Origin: an uncultured Candidatus Saccharibacteria bacterium | GTDB lineage: Bacteria > Patescibacteriota > Minisyncoccia > UBA6257 > GWB1-50-10 | Assembly (NCBI GenBank): GCA_964639325.1 | Contig: CAZXDO010000006.1 | Coordinates: forward strand, 1-50,826 | DNA length: 50,826 nucleotides | Direction of reading: 5' to 3' | Part shown: positions 17,217 through 26,299 of the stretch, in pieces | Numbering within the stretch: position 1 is the first letter of the stretch | Layout: every line of letters begins with the position of its first letter | The notes under the pieces: model-generated | The model's input: only the letters and a program-made list of their open reading frames with translations | Databases searched by the model: none | What the model was told of the DNA's origin: nothing | Made by a program: the position numbers and the translations under genes

Positions 17217-17243
17217 GCCAATACGCAAATTGGCTGATATAGT
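17215..17243 (+). promoter_or_regulatory. candidate promoter upstream of proS
   Basis: TTGCCA 17215-17220, 17-nt spacer, TATAGT 17238-17243. Confidence 0.45.
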
Positions 17244-17261
17244 GAGTGTAATCAATGAACT

Positions 17262-18512
17262 ATGAGACAATCTAACCTTTTCTTTAAGACACAAAAAGAT
17301 GATCCTAAAGGCGAGTTAGCAGTAAACGCCAAGCTTTTAATTAGGGCTAAATTTATTGATAAATTAATGGCCGGAGTTTTTTCTATGCTTCCTATGGGTT
17401 TTAGGGTTCGTGAAAAAATAATAAACATAATAAGGGAGGAAATGAATGCTGTAGGAGGTCAAGAGATTATTATGCCCGCCCTTCACCCTCGTTCTGTCTG
17501 GGAAGCCACTAATCGTTGGAACGGAATGAGTAGTGTTATGTATCAGTTTACAGATGAAAACGGAAAAGAATGGGGTCTTGGCCCAACTCACGAAGAGGTA
17601 ATTGCACCGTTAGCTAAATATGGTATAGATTCTTATGTTGATATGCCTAAATCCTTATACCAAATTCAAGTTAAATTTAGAAATGAAGAACGTCCCAAAT
17701 CAGGTCTTTTAAGGGGTCGGGAGTTTACTATGAAAGATCTTTACAGTTTTCATGCCGATGAAGATTCTCTTAATGAGTATTACGACAAAGTAACCGAAAG
17801 CTACCATAAGATATTTAAAAGAGTAGGTTTGGGAGATATTACTTATTTAACCTTCGCTTCTGGTGGTAGTTTTTCAAAATATTCCCACGAATTTCAAACG
17901 CTTTCTGAAATAGGTGAAGATACTATTTATGTATGTGAAAAATGTAATATTGCGGTAAATAAGGAAATTATAGACAAACAAGAAACATGCCCTAAGTGTG
18001 GCAATAAAAATCTTGCTGAAAAACGGGCTATAGAAGTAGGTAATATATTTAAACTTGGCACAAAGTTTTCCGATCCAGTTGGTTTAACTTACACTTCAGA
18101 ATCTGGAGAGGAGAAACCCGTAATAATGGCTTCTTATGGTATAGGGATTGAGAGATTGATGGGAACTATAGTAGAAATATTTCACGACGAAAAAGGTATA
18201 ATATGGCCTCAGTCGGTAGCCCCATTTCAGGTCCATCTTCTTATGATAGGGGAACCAACAGACAACCTTAAAAAATATACAGAAGAAATATATAAAAAAC
18301 TTGAAGATTCAAGCATAGAAACTTTATACGATGACAGGTCTGAAACATCGGCAGGGGAAAAATTTGCTGAAGCTGATCTTATAGGTATTCCTTGGCGATT
18401 GGTTATTAGTGAAAAAACTTTAAACGAAAACAAAGTTGAAATAAAACGGCGTGATTCTAAGGAGGAAAGTTTGGTTAGTTTAGAAGAAGCCATTAAAACC
18501 ATAAAAAAGTAA
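17262..18512 (+). CDS. proS: proline--tRNA ligase (bacterial type, no INS editing domain)
   Basis: MRQSNLFFKTQKD...LGPTHEEVI...YQIQVKFRNEERPKSGLLRGREFTMKDLYSFH... parallels bacterial ProRS. 416 aa with a CxxC...CxxC insertion (VCEKCN...CPKCGN). Confidence 0.88.
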   Translation: MRQSNLFFKTQKDDPKGELAVNAKLLIRAKFIDKLMAGVFSMLPMGFRVREKIINIIREEMNAVGGQEIIMPALHPRSVWEATNRWNGMSSVMYQFTDENGKEWGLGPTHEEVIAPLAKYGIDSYVDMPKSLYQIQVKFRNEERPKSGLLRGREFTMKDLYSFHADEDSLNEYYDKVTESYHKIFKRVGLGDITYLTFASGGSFSKYSHEFQTLSEIGEDTIYVCEKCNIAVNKEIIDKQETCPKCGNKNLAEKRAIEVGNIFKLGTKFSDPVGLTYTSESGEEKPVIMASYGIGIERLMGTIVEIFHDEKGIIWPQSVAPFQVHLLMIGEPTDNLKKYTEEIYKKLEDSSIETLYDDRSETSAGEKFAEADLIGIPWRLVISEKTLNENKVEIKRRDSKEESLVSLEEAIKTIKK

Positions 18513-18524
18513 TAATTAATTATT

Positions 18525-19541
18525 ATGTTTAAAAAAGTTTTAGGTATAGATTTAGGAACCGAAACAACTCAAATATATTTAAAAGGAAAGGGAATTGTTA
18601 TTGATGAGCCTTCTATTGTTGCCTTTAATAATAGGACGAATAGGGTAATTGCCGTTGGGAAAAAGGCTAGAGCTATGATTTCTCGAACCCCTTCCCACAT
18701 TACAGCCATGAGTCCCATAGCAAACGGAGTTATTGCTGATTTTGATATGGCTAAAGAAATGGTAAGAAAGTTTCTAAAAAATAAAAATATTCCTTGGTCT
18801 TTATTTACCGATGTTGTTGTTTCTGTTCCGACTAATCTTACGGAAGTTGAAAGAAAATCTGTTATAGATCTTTTGAAGGAAACAGGCGTTAATAATGTCT
18901 ATCTTTTAGAACAACCCTTAGCTGCTGCTTTTTCTATCCGTTTAAATATTTTTGAACCCACTGCTTATCTTATTTTAGACATTGGAGCCGGAACATCTGA
19001 TATGGCAATAATTTCCATGAATGGAATTGTTGTTTCTAAACGTCTAAAAATTGCCGGTAATTTTTTTGACAACGAAATAATAAAAGGAGTAAAAGATGAA
19101 TTGAAATTAAATATAGGCAAACCAACAGCCAAAGAAATAAAATTAGCTGTTGGATCGGCAATACCTAGAAAAGAAAAATTAGAAGTTACCGTTAGGGGAA
19201 GGGATGTTTTAAGTGGATTGCCCAGGGAGGTAGATATAAAGGACACTATGGTTAGATCCAAGCTTTCTCAACCATTAAAAGAAATAGTCAGCGCTCTTAA
19301 GGATCTTATTGAAATTACCCCTCCGGAGCTTGTAGGAGATATATATCACAATGGTATTTATGTCTGCGGAGGAGGAAGTATGTTAAGGGGTGTAGAAGAT
19401 CTGCTTAAAAAAGAAATAGGTGTTGATGTTCATGTTATAAATGAGCCTTTGACCTGCGTTGCACGCGGGTCCGGTGTTATTGCTGAAGAGTTTGATAAAT
19501 ATTCCCATCTTTTAACTGATGCCTCGTTAAAAGAAATTTAA
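18525..19541 (+). CDS. mreB: MreB/Mbl-like actin homologue (paralogue 2)
   Basis: LGIDLGTETTQIY...VIDEPSIVAF...LEQPLAAAF...DIGAGTSDMAIISMNG...CGGGSML. Directly precedes mreC. Confidence 0.9.
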   Translation: MFKKVLGIDLGTETTQIYLKGKGIVIDEPSIVAFNNRTNRVIAVGKKARAMISRTPSHITAMSPIANGVIADFDMAKEMVRKFLKNKNIPWSLFTDVVVSVPTNLTEVERKSVIDLLKETGVNNVYLLEQPLAAAFSIRLNIFEPTAYLILDIGAGTSDMAIISMNGIVVSKRLKIAGNFFDNEIIKGVKDELKLNIGKPTAKEIKLAVGSAIPRKEKLEVTVRGRDVLSGLPREVDIKDTMVRSKLSQPLKEIVSALKDLIEITPPELVGDIYHNGIYVCGGGSMLRGVEDLLKKEIGVDVHVINEPLTCVARGSGVIAEEFDKYSHLLTDASLKEI

Positions 19542-19603
19542 GTTTTTTAAAAAAACTTTTGCGATGTTTGCCTCTGGAGAAAAGTATTTAATATCTAAAA
19601 ATT

Positions 19604-20290
19604 ATGAAACCCACCACAATTATAACTACTTTTATAATAATTCTTCTTGTTGGTTTTATAGTTTTTTATGGCCAAACAAGTTTAAGTTCAACTTTTAACA
19701 ATGTAAAAGTATTTTTGGCAAGTTTTTCTTTTGCGGGGAAATGCGAAGATTGTGGATTATTAATTCAAGAAAATAAATATCTTAAATTTGAACTTCAAAA
19801 ATATAGAAACAGTAGCTCCGACGAAAGTGAAGGCGAGATAGCTAAAGTTTTTTCTCGTTACCCCTTTAATGATAGGGAATATATTGTTGTAAATCTTGGA
19901 AAAAATGATGGGATTAAGATTAATTCTCCAGTTTTAACACCTAGTAAATATCTTTTAGGTAAAGTTGTTTCAGTTTATGATAACCAATCTGAAATTGAAA
20001 CTATATTTAACCCTGAGTGGAAATCAAGCGTCGCCTTAAAAGTTCCCGAAATAAAAGCAGTGTTGAAAGGCGGGCAAGTTCCTAAGCTAGAGCTTATTTC
20101 TAAAGATTCCGAAATTAAAGAAGGTGATTTTGTTTTTAATATTTCCCCAGATTTTCCTTATGAAAAAATTATTGGAGAAGTTAAAAATATAAAAAAGAGC
20201 TCTGAAGAAACATGGTATACGGCTTTAGTTGAGATTCCTTACGGTATTGACGAAATTACAGAAGTTATCATTCTCAATGAATTTAAATGA
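19604..20290 (+). CDS. mreC: rod shape-determining protein MreC
   Basis: N-terminal TM helix, coiled-coil (LIQENKYLKFELQKYRN), beta-rich C-terminus with GDFVF. Position between mreB and mreD. Confidence 0.75.
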   Translation: MKPTTIITTFIIILLVGFIVFYGQTSLSSTFNNVKVFLASFSFAGKCEDCGLLIQENKYLKFELQKYRNSSSDESEGEIAKVFSRYPFNDREYIVVNLGKNDGIKINSPVLTPSKYLLGKVVSVYDNQSEIETIFNPEWKSSVALKVPEIKAVLKGGQVPKLELISKDSEIKEGDFVFNISPDFPYEKIIGEVKNIKKSSEETWYTALVEIPYGIDEITEVIILNEFK

Positions 20291-20336
20291 ACAAAACTTC
20301 TAAGCGTCGGTTCTTAAAATACAAAAATTTTGTTTT

Positions 20337-20807
20337 ATGGCAAATATGAACTCCATTACCAAAACATCAACTTTAATTTTTGTATTTGTTTTATTATTAC
20401 TTTTTCAAAGTAATCATTTTTTTGAAATAGAAAGTATTGTTCCAAACTTAACCCTCATTGCTTTCCTTATTTTATCCTTGAAAGAAAATGAAGGCTCAAA
20501 AATAGTTTTATTTATAGGAATTTTCCTTGTTGCGGTCAGTCTTTTATGGTTTTCTTTTTGGGTTTGGGGGGTAATTCTTATTTTTATTTTTGGAATTATT
20601 TCAAATTTTATTAGTAATTTTTTATCAGGAAATATTTTTATTGATTACTTTTTAGTTGTCGTTTTAGCTACTTTTCTTTTTTATGCTGTTTTTTATTTTA
20701 TTGGATCAAGTTTCTTTATTTGGTCTATTGTTTTAGGTGAGGTTTTTTATAATCTTATTTTAGGTGAGTTATTCCTCTTTCTTTTTAATGATTTTTTAAA
20801 AAAATAG
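20337..20807 (+). CDS. mreD: polytopic membrane protein, MreD-like by position
   Basis: 156 aa, about 5 hydrophobic helices, located between mreC and PBP2. The sequence alone is not diagnostic. Confidence 0.5.
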   Translation: MANMNSITKTSTLIFVFVLLLLFQSNHFFEIESIVPNLTLIAFLILSLKENEGSKIVLFIGIFLVAVSLLWFSFWVWGVILIFIFGIISNFISNFLSGNIFIDYFLVVVLATFLFYAVFYFIGSSFFIWSIVLGEVFYNLILGELFLFLFNDFLKK

Positions 20808-20816
20808 GCTTGCATT

Positions 20817-22646
20817 ATGAAACATAAAAACGAAATAAATCTCGAAGACATTCTTTCTGATAAATTGGTTGAAAACAGCTTTCTGGAAATTCCTCTTAAC
20901 GATAAAGTTTTTAAAGTTTTTTTTGGAATAGTTATTTTAATTTTTTTAGTGATTTTTTTTCAGTTAATTAATATAAGCGTTTTTCATCACCAAGTATACG
21001 AACGAAGTGCTTTTGGTAATATTACTGAATCTGATATTGAGCCGGCTCCTAGGGGAGTTATTAAAGACCGTTTCGGAAATGTAATTGTTGACAACAAAGC
21101 CTCTTTCCACGTTTTCTTATCTCCTCGTTCTTTCCCCAAATCCTCTGAGGAAAGAAAAGAAGTTTTAAATAAAATTTCTGGAATTTTAGATATAGATCTT
21201 CAAGAATTATCAGAGGATATAGAAAATTACGATTGGCGGCTTGGTAATTTCCTTTTGGAAAAGAATATAAGCCATGAAGAGTTAATTACTCTTTCTTCCG
21301 AAGATGTTCCGGGAATAAAAATTGAATCAGGATTTACTAGAATAGCTTCTTCCTCAAAGGTATTTAGCCATCTTGTAGGAATAGTTGGTTTAGCAACCAA
21401 AGAAGATATTAAGAAAAATCCGGGTTTTGTTTTAAAAAACGAAATTGGAAAATCAGGTTTGGAACTTTTATATGACGAAAATCTCAGAGGCCAGAGCGGA
21501 AAAGAAATTGCTTACATTAACGCCCATATGGAAATTGAAGATAAAAAAGTGGTTAGTGGAGCAAAAATGGGTCAAAATTTAGATCTCTTTATAGATGCCG
21601 GATTACAGGAATATTTCTATGATCGCCTTTCAAGACAAATAAAAAATGTTGGAGGAAAAGGAGGTGTAGGCGTTGTTGTAAATCCCCAAAATGGAGAAGT
21701 CCTTTCTCTTATAAGTATTCCCGGGTTTGAAATAGGTAGTCCTGTTGATTATCTTGACCAACCTAACCAGCCTTTCTTTAATAGGGTTGTGAGTGGGTTA
21801 TATAACCCCGGTTCAACCATTAAACCTCTTCATGCTATTGCTGCCTTAGAAGAAGGTATAGTTAATCCAGAAAAGAGTTTTCTTTCTACCGGGCGGCTTG
21901 TTGTTTCTAATCCTTACAACCCCAACAACCCTTCTGTTTTTAAAGATTGGAAGGCTCATGGTTGGGTTAATTTATATTCTGCCCTTGCCAGATCAAGTAA
22001 CGTTTATTTTTACACCATTGGAGGAGGGTTTGAAGACCAAGAAGGCCTGGGTATTTCCCGCTTAAATGAGTGGTGGAAAAAATTCCGCCTTGACAAAAAA
22101 ACGGAAATTGACTTACCCGGAGAAGATTCAGGTTCGCTTCCTAATGTTAAAGAAAAAGAAGAAAAATATGGAGAACCTTGGAGGGTGGGAGATACTTATA
22201 ACGTCAGTATAGGTCAAGGCAATCTTATGATTACGCCCCTTGAATTAATAAATTACATCTCGGCTGTTGCTAACGGTGGAAAAATATATAAACTTCGTAT
22301 TGCTAAAAATCAAAAAGAAGAAATTCTTAAAGACATAAGTAAAGAAATAGAAAGTGCCTTGCCTCACGTAAGAAAAGGTATGAAAGACGCAGCCGACAAA
22401 CCGTACGGAACCGCTTATCATCTCTCAAACCTTCCTTTTGATGTTGCTGCTAAAACAGGCAGTTCTCAAGTAGGAAACGAAGAAACCAATGCCTTGTTTG
22501 TTGGTTTTGCTCCATACGAAAACCCTGAAATTGCTTTAATAGTTCTTATTGAAAACTCAGAAGAGGGAGGGTTAAATGCGGTTCCGGTAGCTAACGACGT
22601 CTTTTCATGGTATTACTTCAATCGGATGGCAAAAACCGAGGACTAA
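20817..22646 (+). CDS. mrdA: penicillin-binding protein 2 (elongasome transpeptidase)
   Basis: N-terminal TM helix, PBP dimerisation region, and transpeptidase motifs STIKP, SSN and KTGS. Confidence 0.88.
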   Translation: MKHKNEINLEDILSDKLVENSFLEIPLNDKVFKVFFGIVILIFLVIFFQLINISVFHHQVYERSAFGNITESDIEPAPRGVIKDRFGNVIVDNKASFHVFLSPRSFPKSSEERKEVLNKISGILDIDLQELSEDIENYDWRLGNFLLEKNISHEELITLSSEDVPGIKIESGFTRIASSSKVFSHLVGIVGLATKEDIKKNPGFVLKNEIGKSGLELLYDENLRGQSGKEIAYINAHMEIEDKKVVSGAKMGQNLDLFIDAGLQEYFYDRLSRQIKNVGGKGGVGVVVNPQNGEVLSLISIPGFEIGSPVDYLDQPNQPFFNRVVSGLYNPGSTIKPLHAIAALEEGIVNPEKSFLSTGRLVVSNPYNPNNPSVFKDWKAHGWVNLYSALARSSNVYFYTIGGGFEDQEGLGISRLNEWWKKFRLDKKTEIDLPGEDSGSLPNVKEKEEKYGEPWRVGDTYNVSIGQGNLMITPLELINYISAVANGGKIYKLRIAKNQKEEILKDISKEIESALPHVRKGMKDAADKPYGTAYHLSNLPFDVAAKTGSSQVGNEETNALFVGFAPYENPEIALIVLIENSEEGGLNAVPVANDVFSWYYFNRMAKTED

Positions 22647-22696
22647 ATTGGTATAATAATAGTAATAACTAAAAACAAGATTTTATATAAAAAAAC

Positions 22697-22725
22697 TTGC
22701 ATTAACAATTGTTTTCCACTAATCT
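22697..22725 (+). promoter_or_regulatory. candidate promoter immediately upstream of greA
   Basis: TTGCAT 22697-22702, 17-nt spacer, TAATCT 22720-22725. The greA ATG is at 22733. Confidence 0.4.
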
Positions 22726-22732
22726 TTACTTC

Positions 22733-23188
22733 ATGGAAAAAACATATCTTACAAAAGAAAAATACAAGGAACTCAAAGAAAGCCTTCAACTCTTGAAAAA
22801 TGAAGAGCGCCGAAAAATAGCCAAACGCCTCAAAGAGGCTAAGGAGCTTGGTGACCTTTCTGAAAACTCTGAATACCAAGAAGCCAAAAATGATAAAATT
22901 CTTCTTGACCAAAAAATAAACAAACTTGAAGAAACTCTTCGTAATTCAGAAATTATTAAAAAATCTGATAGTAAAAAAGTACAAATTGGCTCTGAAGTTG
23001 AAATTGAAGAGGATAAAAAGAAAAAAGTTTATACTATTGTTGGGTCCAGTGAAACAGATCCTTCAAAAGGAAAAATTTCTAATGAATCACCTTTTGGAAA
23101 AAAACTTTTAGGATGTGAAGTGGGGGATAAAGTTGTTTTTGAAACTCCTAAAAATAAAAGAGTGTTCAAAATTAAAAAGATAAGTTAA
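22733..23188 (+). CDS. greA: transcription elongation factor GreA
   Basis: The ATG at 22733 gives MEKTYLTKEKYKELKESLQLL...AKELGDLSENSEYQEAK. The ORF track start at 22709 adds 8 non-conserved residues. Confidence 0.92.
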   Translation: MEKTYLTKEKYKELKESLQLLKNEERRKIAKRLKEAKELGDLSENSEYQEAKNDKILLDQKINKLEETLRNSEIIKKSDSKKVQIGSEVEIEEDKKKKVYTIVGSSETDPSKGKISNESPFGKKLLGCEVGDKVVFETPKNKRVFKIKKIS

Positions 23189-23215
23189 TCAAGGATTTTT
23201 TAATCAGCTAAATAA

Positions 23216-23240
23216 CCTGTCAGAAATATGGACTGACAGG
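23216..23240 (+). terminator. hairpin after greA (weak U-tail)
   Basis: CCTGTCAG 23216-23223 pairs with CTGACAGG 23233-23240, followed by TTC. Confidence 0.35.
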
Positions 23241-23244
23241 TTCA

Positions 23245-23510
23245 GCCCCCAGGATTTGAACTAGAATCAATTTAGCGAAAGCAATTTTGTTAATATTCAA
23301 GGCGCGAGGAGCGTGGGGTGTTAGATAACACGCGAGCGACGAGCAACGCAGAAGATAAACAAAATTGTTCCGCCCGAAGGGAAGCAAAATAATAAGCAAT
23401 TTCTTCGTTACTCCTCGTCAATGTATGCTCCGCATACACTTTCCTCGTCGTGTCTTGAAATTGCTTATTATTTTGCTTCTAAACTTAATTCTAGTTCAAA
23501 TCCTGGGGGC
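23245..23510. repeat. 266-bp element built from nested perfect inverted repeats (structured ncRNA or MITE-like element)
   Basis: Outer 23-bp IR 23245-23267 / 23488-23510. Inner 23-bp IR 23381-23403 / 23457-23479. 10-bp IR 23282-23291 / 23358-23367. Small hairpin 23423-23428 / 23432-23437. Confidence 0.85.
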
Positions 23511-23554
23511 GCTGTGTTATTATTGTTCTATAAATCTAATATATTTTAATAAAA

Positions 23555-24946
23555 ATGCTCGAAGATCTTATAAAAGACAGGCTTAAAAAACTTGAGAAAT
23601 ATGAAAAAGAGGCAAATCCTTATCCTTCTCGCATAAAAAGAGATTTGGTTATAAAGGATGTAATTACTTCTTTTGAAGATTTTAAAGAAAAAAGTAATTC
23701 TCTTTGTCTTGCCGGCCGAGTTAGAAGCTGGCGTGACCAAGGAGGGATAATTTTTTCTGATTTAGAAGATGCTACAGAAAAAATACAAATTGTTTTAAAC
23801 AAAGATAACATTGAAAATTTTGAACTTCTTCAAGAAACGGTTGATGTTGGAGATTTTCTTGAAGTGTGCGGTTTTCCCGGAGAAACAAAAAGAGGCGAAA
23901 AAAGTATTATGGCAAATTCAGCCAGAATGATCACAAAAAGTTTGCGTCCTTGGCCTTCTTCTTGGTTTGGACTTGAAGATTCTGAAGAACGGCACCGCCG
24001 GCGTTATCTCGACTTTATTTACAACAAAGAATCAAAAGAAAAGATTTTGATGCGTTCACATATAATAAGAGCCCTTCGAAAAAGTTTTGAAGAAGATAAT
24101 TTCATAGAAGTTGAAACTCCGGTTATTCAACCTCTCCCCGGTGGGGCTTTAGCAGCGCCTTTTGAAACACATTTTAACACTCTTGATTTAGATGTTTATT
24201 TAAGAATTGCCCCGGAACTTTATTTAAAACGGCTTCTTGTTGGGGGGTTTGAAAAGATATATGAAATAGGAAAAGATTTTAGAAACGAAGGTATTGACCG
24301 AGATCATTACCCTGAATTCACCATGCTTGAATTATATTGGGCTTACCAAAACTATGAAGGCCTTATGGACTCTTTAGAAAAGTGGTTGAAAGATTTAATT
24401 AAAGATATTGGAATAGAGAAAGTTGTTTTTGAGGATAAAGAAATAAGCCTTACCGGTAATTGGCCTAGGATAAAATACGCTGAAATTATTGAAAAATATA
24501 GCCCTGAAGACAAAGATAAAATTCATACACCTGAAATTGATGAAATCTTTAAGAAAAAAGTTCGCTCCAAAATAGAAGAACCTATTTTTATTATTGATTA
24601 CCCTAAAGTTATTTCTCCGCTTGCCAAAACCAAATCAGAAGATCCTCTTTTTACTGAAAGGTTTCAACTAATAGCCGCTAAGACCGAGCTTGTTAATGGT
24701 TTTTCTGAATTAAACAATCCATTGGACCAAAGAAAAAGAATGGAAGAGCAAGAAGAAAGGTTTAGAAAAGGAGATAAAGAAGCTTCCCGAATGGATGATG
24801 ATTTTTTGGAAGCCCTAGAGTATGGTATGCCTCCTGCTGCCGGTTTGGGAATGGGCATTGATCGTCTTGTTTCTCTTTTGTCCGGAGCTAAAAATATAAG
24901 AGAAGTAATTACCTTCACCACAATAAAGCCTAAAAATGAAAAATAA
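23555..24946 (+). CDS. lysS: lysine--tRNA ligase, class II
   Basis: OB-fold N-domain plus class II core (EVETPVIQPLPGGALAAPF, FRNEGIDRDHYPEFTMLELY, GMGIDRL). Confidence 0.93.
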   Translation: MLEDLIKDRLKKLEKYEKEANPYPSRIKRDLVIKDVITSFEDFKEKSNSLCLAGRVRSWRDQGGIIFSDLEDATEKIQIVLNKDNIENFELLQETVDVGDFLEVCGFPGETKRGEKSIMANSARMITKSLRPWPSSWFGLEDSEERHRRRYLDFIYNKESKEKILMRSHIIRALRKSFEEDNFIEVETPVIQPLPGGALAAPFETHFNTLDLDVYLRIAPELYLKRLLVGGFEKIYEIGKDFRNEGIDRDHYPEFTMLELYWAYQNYEGLMDSLEKWLKDLIKDIGIEKVVFEDKEISLTGNWPRIKYAEIIEKYSPEDKDKIHTPEIDEIFKKKVRSKIEEPIFIIDYPKVISPLAKTKSEDPLFTERFQLIAAKTELVNGFSELNNPLDQRKRMEEQEERFRKGDKEASRMDDDFLEALEYGMPPAAGLGMGIDRLVSLLSGAKNIREVITFTTIKPKNEK

Positions 24947-24983
24947 AGAATTAAAAATAATACTATTAACCATTAACTAATTT

Positions 24984-26249
24984 ATGTTGGACATTAACTT
25001 CATCAGAGAAAACCCGGAAAAAATAAAGGAAGGCGTTGAAAAAAAACAAATTGACCCCAAGCTCGTCGATCGTGTTTTAGATTTTGATAAAAAGTGGAGA
25101 GAAAAAACTGTTACTCTTGATGGCCTTCGAGCCGAACAGAATAAAATAACTAAAAATATTCATCTTTCTGATGGTAAAAAAAATGAAGACATTCTTTCTC
25201 AAGCTCAGGTTTTAAAAAAGCAAATATCTAAAATAGAAAAAGAAGAAAATGAATTAAGGAATAAAAGAGACAATCTCTTAAAAGATCTTCCCAATATTCC
25301 TTTTGAAGATGTTCCCGTAGGTAAGGATGATTTTGGAAACGTTGTTGCTAGGGAGGTTGGCGAAAAACCTAATTTTGATTTCCAACCCAAAAGTTACATA
25401 GGATTAGGAGAGAAATTAAACATTATTAATACTCAAAAAGCTGCTGAAGTTTCCGGAGGGCGTTTTGGTTACTTGCTGGGTGACGCAGCAATTCTTGAGT
25501 TTGCTCTTGTTAGGCTTGCTTTTGATACGCTCCTTGAAAAAGGTTTTACTCCTATCATCCCCCCTGTAATGGTTCGGCCTGAAATTATGATAAAGATGGG
25601 TAAGGGAAAATTTATTGACGAGAAAGATGCTTTTTATGTTAAAGACAACGACCTTTATTTAGTTGGGAGCTCTGAGCACTCTATTGGACCTTTTCATATG
25701 AATGAAAAAATTGATGAAGATAAATTTCCTTTAAAATACGTTGGTTTTTCGACTTGTTTTCGTAGGGAAGCCGGTTCTTACGGAAAAGATACTCGAGGAA
25801 TTCTTAGGGTCCACCAATTTGATAAAATTGAAATGTTAGTCTTTTCTCTTCCGGAAAATTCAGAGGAGATGCAAAAAGAAATAGTTTCTATTCAAGAGAG
25901 CTTAATGCAAAAATTAGAACTTCCTTATAGGGTAATGGAAATTTGTACGGGTGATATGACTTGGGCTGATGCTCGTCAATTTGATGTAGAAACATGGTTT
26001 CCTTTTGAGGGTAAATATAGAGAAACTCACTCGTGTTCTAATACCACCGACTTTCAGGCAAGGGGAGTTAATACTAAATATAAATCAAAGAAAGATAATA
26101 AAGCTCATTTAGTTCACGTGCTTAATGGAACCGCTTTTGCTATTGGCAGAACTATTATAGCCATTATAGAAAACAACCAAACTAAAGAAGGTACCGTAAA
26201 AGTTCCAAAAATTCTCCAGAATTATGTGGGCAAGGAAGAAATTAAATAA
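24984..26249 (+). CDS. serS: serine--tRNA ligase
   Basis: MLDINFIRENPEKIKEGVEKK coiled-coil arm, FRREAGSYGKDTRGILRVHQFDKIE, and NGTAFAIGRTIIAIIEN. Confidence 0.95.
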   Translation: MLDINFIRENPEKIKEGVEKKQIDPKLVDRVLDFDKKWREKTVTLDGLRAEQNKITKNIHLSDGKKNEDILSQAQVLKKQISKIEKEENELRNKRDNLLKDLPNIPFEDVPVGKDDFGNVVAREVGEKPNFDFQPKSYIGLGEKLNIINTQKAAEVSGGRFGYLLGDAAILEFALVRLAFDTLLEKGFTPIIPPVMVRPEIMIKMGKGKFIDEKDAFYVKDNDLYLVGSSEHSIGPFHMNEKIDEDKFPLKYVGFSTCFRREAGSYGKDTRGILRVHQFDKIEMLVFSLPENSEEMQKEIVSIQESLMQKLELPYRVMEICTGDMTWADARQFDVETWFPFEGKYRETHSCSNTTDFQARGVNTKYKSKKDNKAHLVHVLNGTAFAIGRTIIAIIENNQTKEGTVKVPKILQNYVGKEEIK

Positions 26250-26299
26250 TCTTATTAATTATTATTACCATCACAACTACCTGAACTTAATTTAAGGCT

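Noticed and set aside
20288-20290. Alternative genetic code (UGA read as an amino acid, as in some candidate phyla).
   Set aside because: Conserved genes end at their expected lengths at TAA, TAG or TGA. The TGA stops (for example mreC at 20288-20290 and the nucleotidyltransferase at 47705-47707) are followed by normal intergenic spacing or further in-frame stops. No conserved protein needs in-frame TGA read-through.
23299-23520. Lysine riboswitch (L-box) or T-box leader for lysS.
   Set aside because: The blocks AGGCGCG, CCGAAGGG plus an AU-rich helix, CCUGG and CUGU appear in L-box order. However, the helices that should follow CUGG are missing, there is no convincing P1, and no T-box sequence (GGGUGGNACCGCG) is present. 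Perfect 23-bp stems are atypical of riboswitches. This is kept only as a testable alternative within the finding.
23190-23545. Known housekeeping RNAs (SRP/4.5S RNA, RNase P RNA, tmRNA, 6S RNA) in the GC-rich intergenic regions.
   Set aside because: I found none of the hallmark strings: the SRP domain IV GGAA / AGCA loop context, the RNase P GAGGAAAGUCC motif, or a tmRNA tRNA-like 5' GGGG... / 3' ...UCCACCA terminus. A covariance-model scan is still needed to be sure.
23365-23586. 73-aa + strand ORF in the greA-lysS spacer.
   Set aside because: It lies entirely within the nested inverted-repeat element and runs into the lysS start. Its translation reflects the repeats (LKLLIILLL...).
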